Origin: a virus
Length of the DNA stretch: 42,192 nucleotides
Virus record (IMG/VR): IMGVR_UViG_3300045988_149535
Coordinates: 1 to 42,192 of that record
Direction: 5' to 3' (one strand)
The first letter of the stretch is position 1. Every line of letters begins with the position of its first letter. A program made the translations under genes and the position numbers. A model generated the notes under the pieces. It worked only from the letters and a program-made list of their open reading frames with translations. It ran no database searches and was not told where the DNA came from. Shown in pieces: positions 38,391 to 42,192 of the stretch.

Positions 38391-39101
38391 ATGTTAAAAG
38401 AAGGTGAATTATATTTTAATAGTAATAGAAGCTTGAATTTAAATTTATTTTTAGAAAATTATCCTTCTATTCCAATAACTAATGAGGAGTATGAAGAGAT
38501 CCAAGTTGAAGGTAGAAGTGGTAATTTAATAATAAATAAAGGAACTTATCCTGATAAAAAAATACCTTTTACATTTACTATCTTATCTCCTCAAATCGAA
38601 ATAGATTTTGATAAAATTTATGAATGGCTTACTGAAATAGAAGATAATAGACTTATCTTTGGTAGAGAAGATAGGTGTTATAAGGTTAAAAAGGTTAATT
38701 TTAAAGATATACAAAAGCAATTTAGGACTATAGGAGAATTTGATGTTACTTTTTTATGTGAGCCTTTTACACAAGATCTTGAGAAAACAGTACATGAAAT
38801 AACTTCTAGTGGATATAAAATCTATTACAATGGAAATGCTCCAGGAGATACTTTAATAAAGGTTTATGGAACTGGGAATATACAATTAACTGTAAATAGT
38901 GAAACAATGCAAATTAATAATGTTGCTGACTATGTAGAAATTGATAGTGATTTACTACAAGTTAGAAATAAAGATAAAACCTCCAAGGATGATGATACCT
39001 CGGGGGATTTTATTTTGCTTGAAAAAGGCATAAATGCAATTTCTTATACTGGAAATGTAACAAAAATAATTGTTGAATATACTACAAAATATAAGTGTTA
39101 G
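38391..39101 (+). CDS. Distal tail protein (Dit)
   Basis: Its start codon immediately follows the stop of the tape measure gene. 236 aa, the typical siphophage position. Confidence 0.75.
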   Translation: MLKEGELYFNSNRSLNLNLFLENYPSIPITNEEYEEIQVEGRSGNLIINKGTYPDKKIPFTFTILSPQIEIDFDKIYEWLTEIEDNRLIFGREDRCYKVKKVNFKDIQKQFRTIGEFDVTFLCEPFTQDLEKTVHEITSSGYKIYYNGNAPGDTLIKVYGTGNIQLTVNSETMQINNVADYVEIDSDLLQVRNKDKTSKDDDTSGDFILLEKGINAISYTGNVTKIIVEYTTKYKC

Positions 39102-39112
39102 GAGGGATATAA

Positions 39113-41431
39113 ATGAAAAAACAAATAAAAGTAGCTTATTTCCCTTCTTATACTGAAAAGAATAAAGTATTAGGTAGCAATGGTAAATCTTTAGATAAAT
39201 ATTGTATTAAATGTGAGCCTGATGAAGATTTAAGCTCTGGTAATTATATTTTAGATGCAACTTTCTTAATCGAAGACAATCTTCAGGATTTATTACAAGA
39301 AGAAGTTATTTTAAAAGTTCTAGTGGATTATGGATATGAGATATTTAGAATATCTAAGGTAACAGTTGGAACAAGGTATATAGATGTGGTTGCTAGACAA
39401 ATAACTATAGCTGATTCTTTAACATTATGGCTAGAAGATGTAAGACCTACAAACTTAAATGGTCAAGCCGCTGTAAGTTGGATGTTAGATAATGCGGAAG
39501 GTAGAAAAGAAATACAAATAGTATCAGATATAGATGCTATTGCAACTGCTTATTATCAACGCATGAGCCTATATAAAGCCTTACACGATAATGACAACTC
39601 ATTCTTAAATCGTTGGGGTGGAGAAGTCCAAAGGCGTGGTTATACTATTTATATTAATAAGCGTATTGGAAGAGATAGAGGATTTAGCATAAGAGAAGGT
39701 AAAAATCTTACTGGATTTAAAGGTACTTCTAATATAGATAATCTAGTCACTAGGGCGAGAGGACAAGGTTACAATGGAATATTAGGTAACTATATAGATA
39801 GTTCACTTATAGGCGCTTATAATCGAATATACACCAGCGTAATTAAATATGATGATGTTAAGGTTAAAGATGAATATAATGACGAAGGTTATGATACTTT
39901 AGAGCAGGCTCAAGCTGAATTAGATAGAAGAATAGAAGAAGAGTTTTCTAAAAATGATATAGATAAAATTAAGGCTAGTTACATTATTAATTTTGTTCAA
40001 TTAGAAAAGACAGAGGAATATAAAAACTATGTAGTAGCTGAAAGATTGTTTATAGGTGATACTTCCAGAGTTTATATTCCTAAGTTGAATGTAGATATAA
40101 AAGTAAGGGCTATGAGTAAAAAGTATGATGTATTAGCTCAAAAAACTAAGGAGATTAAGCTAAGTAATTATATAGAGGTTAAGCCTTTAAGTATTAAGCA
40201 AATAGTAGAAAAATTAGAAACTATGGATAGTACAGAAACTATCCTTCAACTAGCTAAAGATAACGCTACTTCTTTAATAAAAGGTGGACTTAAAAATTCT
40301 TATGTAATAGTTAGAGAGAATGAAATTATTATAGGTGATACAAAAGACATAAACACTATGATAAATGTTTGGAGATTTAATAATGGAGGTTTAGGTCACT
40401 CTAAAACAGGTTATTATGGAGAGTTTGGGACTGCTATAACTCAAGATGGACAAATAGTTGCGGATTTTATAACTACAGGTGTATTAAATGCGGGATTAAT
40501 AAAAACTGGATTATTAAAAAGTTTTAATGGTGTTTCGTGGATAAATTTAGATAATGGTACTTTTGACTATGCTAATGGAAATTTATCTTATGATGGTCTT
40601 ACAATGCAAATAATAGGTAAGATAATTAATGTTCTAAACGGCTATGGTGTAGAAATGGATCAAGGTGGTCTTATGTTTGCTACAAATGGAGAAGTGGTTG
40701 GGGGTATAAGAAGTTCTAAATATAATCAAAACAATACTATAAATGGATTATCTATAGTTAATACAAGAGATGGCGATTACATAGATATTGGATTTACCGA
40801 AAGTGAGGATTTTGAAGGTAATACAGATTTTTATCCTGTTTTAAGAATATCTAAAATAGTTAATCAATTGTTAGGAAATTTTAAAGGGATACAACTTCTA
40901 GAGAATACAAGGCTTGCTAACATGAAAACTTTTTATTTAGAATCGAATGACAGTAAATGTCCGCATGAAATTTATAACACAGCTGGTGGACTTTTAGCTT
41001 TATTCGGTGATAACGGAACAATGTTAGGATATATTAAAGGTTCAGAAAAGGTTAAAGTTTTAGAGATTGTAGAAGCTGTTGGTGAAGCTGGGGTTCAAGC
41101 ATATCTGTATAAAAATTTAAGTATGGCAGGTAATAAAATATTAGGTGTATCAGATATCTTCACAGGAACTACATCACATAGATATCATCATGATGGTTGG
41201 TGTGGTTCGATAGAAGCTACAGCAAAGAGAATTAGCAACTTAAATGTATTTTATGATAGTGGTTGGTATGCATATAGCTCTGGCTCTAACGGAGCTCCTT
41301 CAAGCTATGGAGTAATTTTACATTTAAAGTGGGGAGAAACAGATTTTGTACAAATAGCATTTGACTTCGCTAATACTATGTATCAAAGAGCATGGGTTAA
41401 TGGTACTTGGACTAACTGGACACAAAGGTAA
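39113..41431 (+). CDS. Tail-associated lysin / prophage tail endopeptidase-like minor structural protein (Tal)
   Basis: 772 aa, following Dit. The N-terminal region resembles prophage endopeptidase tail family proteins. Confidence 0.75.
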   Translation: MKKQIKVAYFPSYTEKNKVLGSNGKSLDKYCIKCEPDEDLSSGNYILDATFLIEDNLQDLLQEEVILKVLVDYGYEIFRISKVTVGTRYIDVVARQITIADSLTLWLEDVRPTNLNGQAAVSWMLDNAEGRKEIQIVSDIDAIATAYYQRMSLYKALHDNDNSFLNRWGGEVQRRGYTIYINKRIGRDRGFSIREGKNLTGFKGTSNIDNLVTRARGQGYNGILGNYIDSSLIGAYNRIYTSVIKYDDVKVKDEYNDEGYDTLEQAQAELDRRIEEEFSKNDIDKIKASYIINFVQLEKTEEYKNYVVAERLFIGDTSRVYIPKLNVDIKVRAMSKKYDVLAQKTKEIKLSNYIEVKPLSIKQIVEKLETMDSTETILQLAKDNATSLIKGGLKNSYVIVRENEIIIGDTKDINTMINVWRFNNGGLGHSKTGYYGEFGTAITQDGQIVADFITTGVLNAGLIKTGLLKSFNGVSWINLDNGTFDYANGNLSYDGLTMQIIGKIINVLNGYGVEMDQGGLMFATNGEVVGGIRSSKYNQNNTINGLSIVNTRDGDYIDIGFTESEDFEGNTDFYPVLRISKIVNQLLGNFKGIQLLENTRLANMKTFYLESNDSKCPHEIYNTAGGLLALFGDNGTMLGYIKGSEKVKVLEIVEAVGEAGVQAYLYKNLSMAGNKILGVSDIFTGTTSHRYHHDGWCGSIEATAKRISNLNVFYDSGWYAYSSGSNGAPSSYGVILHLKWGETDFVQIAFDFANTMYQRAWVNGTWTNWTQR

Positions 41432-41442
41432 AAGGTGATTAT

Positions 41443-41757
41443 ATGAATAAAGTATTTATAAATAAAGAAACTGATATGGTAGAGCAAATACTAGAGATTA
41501 GAGAAGGAGAGATAATTCCGGATGATTACTTTCCTAACTGCTATGCTATAGAGGATATGGAAGGTAATATCAATGCTTATAATCTTAAATACAATAAAGA
41601 AACTAAAGAGTTTGAAGTTGTAGAAGGATTACCTGCTAAGGAAGAAGGAAGAGTTATAAAGCAACCTACAGTAAAAGATTTTCAAGAGTTAAAAAATGAA
41701 AATGAAAATTTAAAGGTTAGATTAGAAAAGCTTGAACAATTATTAAATGTGAGGTAA
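41443..41757 (+). CDS. Hypothetical tail-module protein with a C-terminal coiled coil
   Basis: AAGGTG RBS. 104 aa. Confidence 0.6.
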   Translation: MNKVFINKETDMVEQILEIREGEIIPDDYFPNCYAIEDMEGNINAYNLKYNKETKEFEVVEGLPAKEEGRVIKQPTVKDFQELKNENENLKVRLEKLEQLLNVR

Positions 41758-41761
41758 AATA

Positions 41762-42192
41762 ATGGCTAGTAAAATAAGTATAGATTTAGATACTTCAAAA
41801 GAAAATTATTTAGTGTCTAAATGTAAGCAAAATGATGATTTAGAGCTAGAGGCATTTATACACGATAAAGGATTAGAATTAGATTTAACTAATAAAGAAA
41901 TAACTATACAAGCTTTAAAAGCGGATAATACTTATATTATTCAGAATACAGATATAGTTAAAGAAAATAATAAAATTACAGCTAATCTCGTAAAAGATTT
42001 TACGAGAGTGCCAGGAGAAACAAAAATAGAAATAGTTTTAGTAGAGAGTAGTAAGCAGAATACTACTTTTTCTTTTTATCTAGAAGTTGTAGGAAGTGTA
42101 ATAAGAGGAGCAGTACAAAGTTCTAATACTGCAACTATATTAGAAGCTTTAGATAATAAGATAATAGAAGCGGGGCAAGTTAAGCAAGAAAC
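41762..42192 (+). CDS. Tail fibre / baseplate upper protein (BppU-like N-terminus), 5' part; continues in frame at base 3 once the 55-bp overlap is collapsed
   Basis: ATG 41762 after GAGG, with no stop before the window end. Joined to 1-2309 it gives one 2685-nt gene (894 aa). MASKISIDLDTSKENY...TFSFYLEV resembles BppU-type N-termini. Confidence 0.8.
   Translation, partial: MASKISIDLDTSKENYLVSKCKQNDDLELEAFIHDKGLELDLTNKEITIQALKADNTYIIQNTDIVKENNKITANLVKDFTRVPGETKIEIVLVESSKQNTTFSFYLEVVGSVIRGAVQSSNTATILEALDNKIIEAGQVKQE
42138..42192. repeat. Terminal direct repeat copy 2 (identical to 1-55)
   Basis: Same 55-mer as bases 1-55. This is either a circular-contig overlap or a terminal redundancy. Confidence 0.97.

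Larger units (their letters stand above)
1..42137. mobile_element. Complete temperate siphovirus (prophage-type) genome, circular permutation
   Basis: Full set of lysis, lysogeny, replication, packaging, head and tail modules. The window ends overlap by 55 identical bases. Confidence 0.9.

Overview
The window is a complete, circularly closed genome of a temperate, very AT-rich siphovirus from a low-GC Firmicute. It looks Clostridium-like: AGGAGG-type RBSs and frequent TTG/GTG starts. Bases 1-55 are identical to 42138-42192, so the unique length is 42137 bp, and the tail-fibre gene spans this junction.

Gene order from base 1:
- 3' part of the tail-fibre gene.
- Lysis cassette: XhlA-like protein, holin and amidase endolysin.
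- A terminator-insulated accessory cassette encoding a 675-aa fusion of a GHKL ATPase with a DUF4263/Shedu-like PD-(D/E)XK nuclease.
- A ~1-kb ORF-poor island with consensus promoter/terminator units (candidate sRNAs), micro-ORFs and a probable attP.
- Large serine recombinase.
- cI/Cro switch with three operators.
- A long early module: ORF6N antirepressor-like protein, sigma factor, Erf, DUF1351, a replisome organiser with internal iterons, resolvase-like nuclease, SSB, a homing-endonuclease-like gene, MazG, two YopX paralogues, an ERCC4 nuclease and many tiny zinc-ribbon ORFs.
- Two HTH late-regulator candidates followed by a structured 327-bp leader.
- Packaging, head and tail modules. A promoter/terminator-bounded moron (LITAF-like zinc ribbon plus DUF2085 membrane protein) and a Mu-Com-like zinc finger sit just before the tape measure gene.

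I found no rRNA, bona fide tRNA, CRISPR array, transposase, or recognisable toxin or resistance gene.

Best candidates for something new:
- The GHKL-Shedu-like cassette together with the adjacent sRNA island.
- The tail-module moron.
- A CCC-TAA +1 frameshift candidate with 15-nt repeats after the capsid gene.
- 11-bp iterons inside the replication gene.

All functional calls come from motif recognition by eye, not from database searches.
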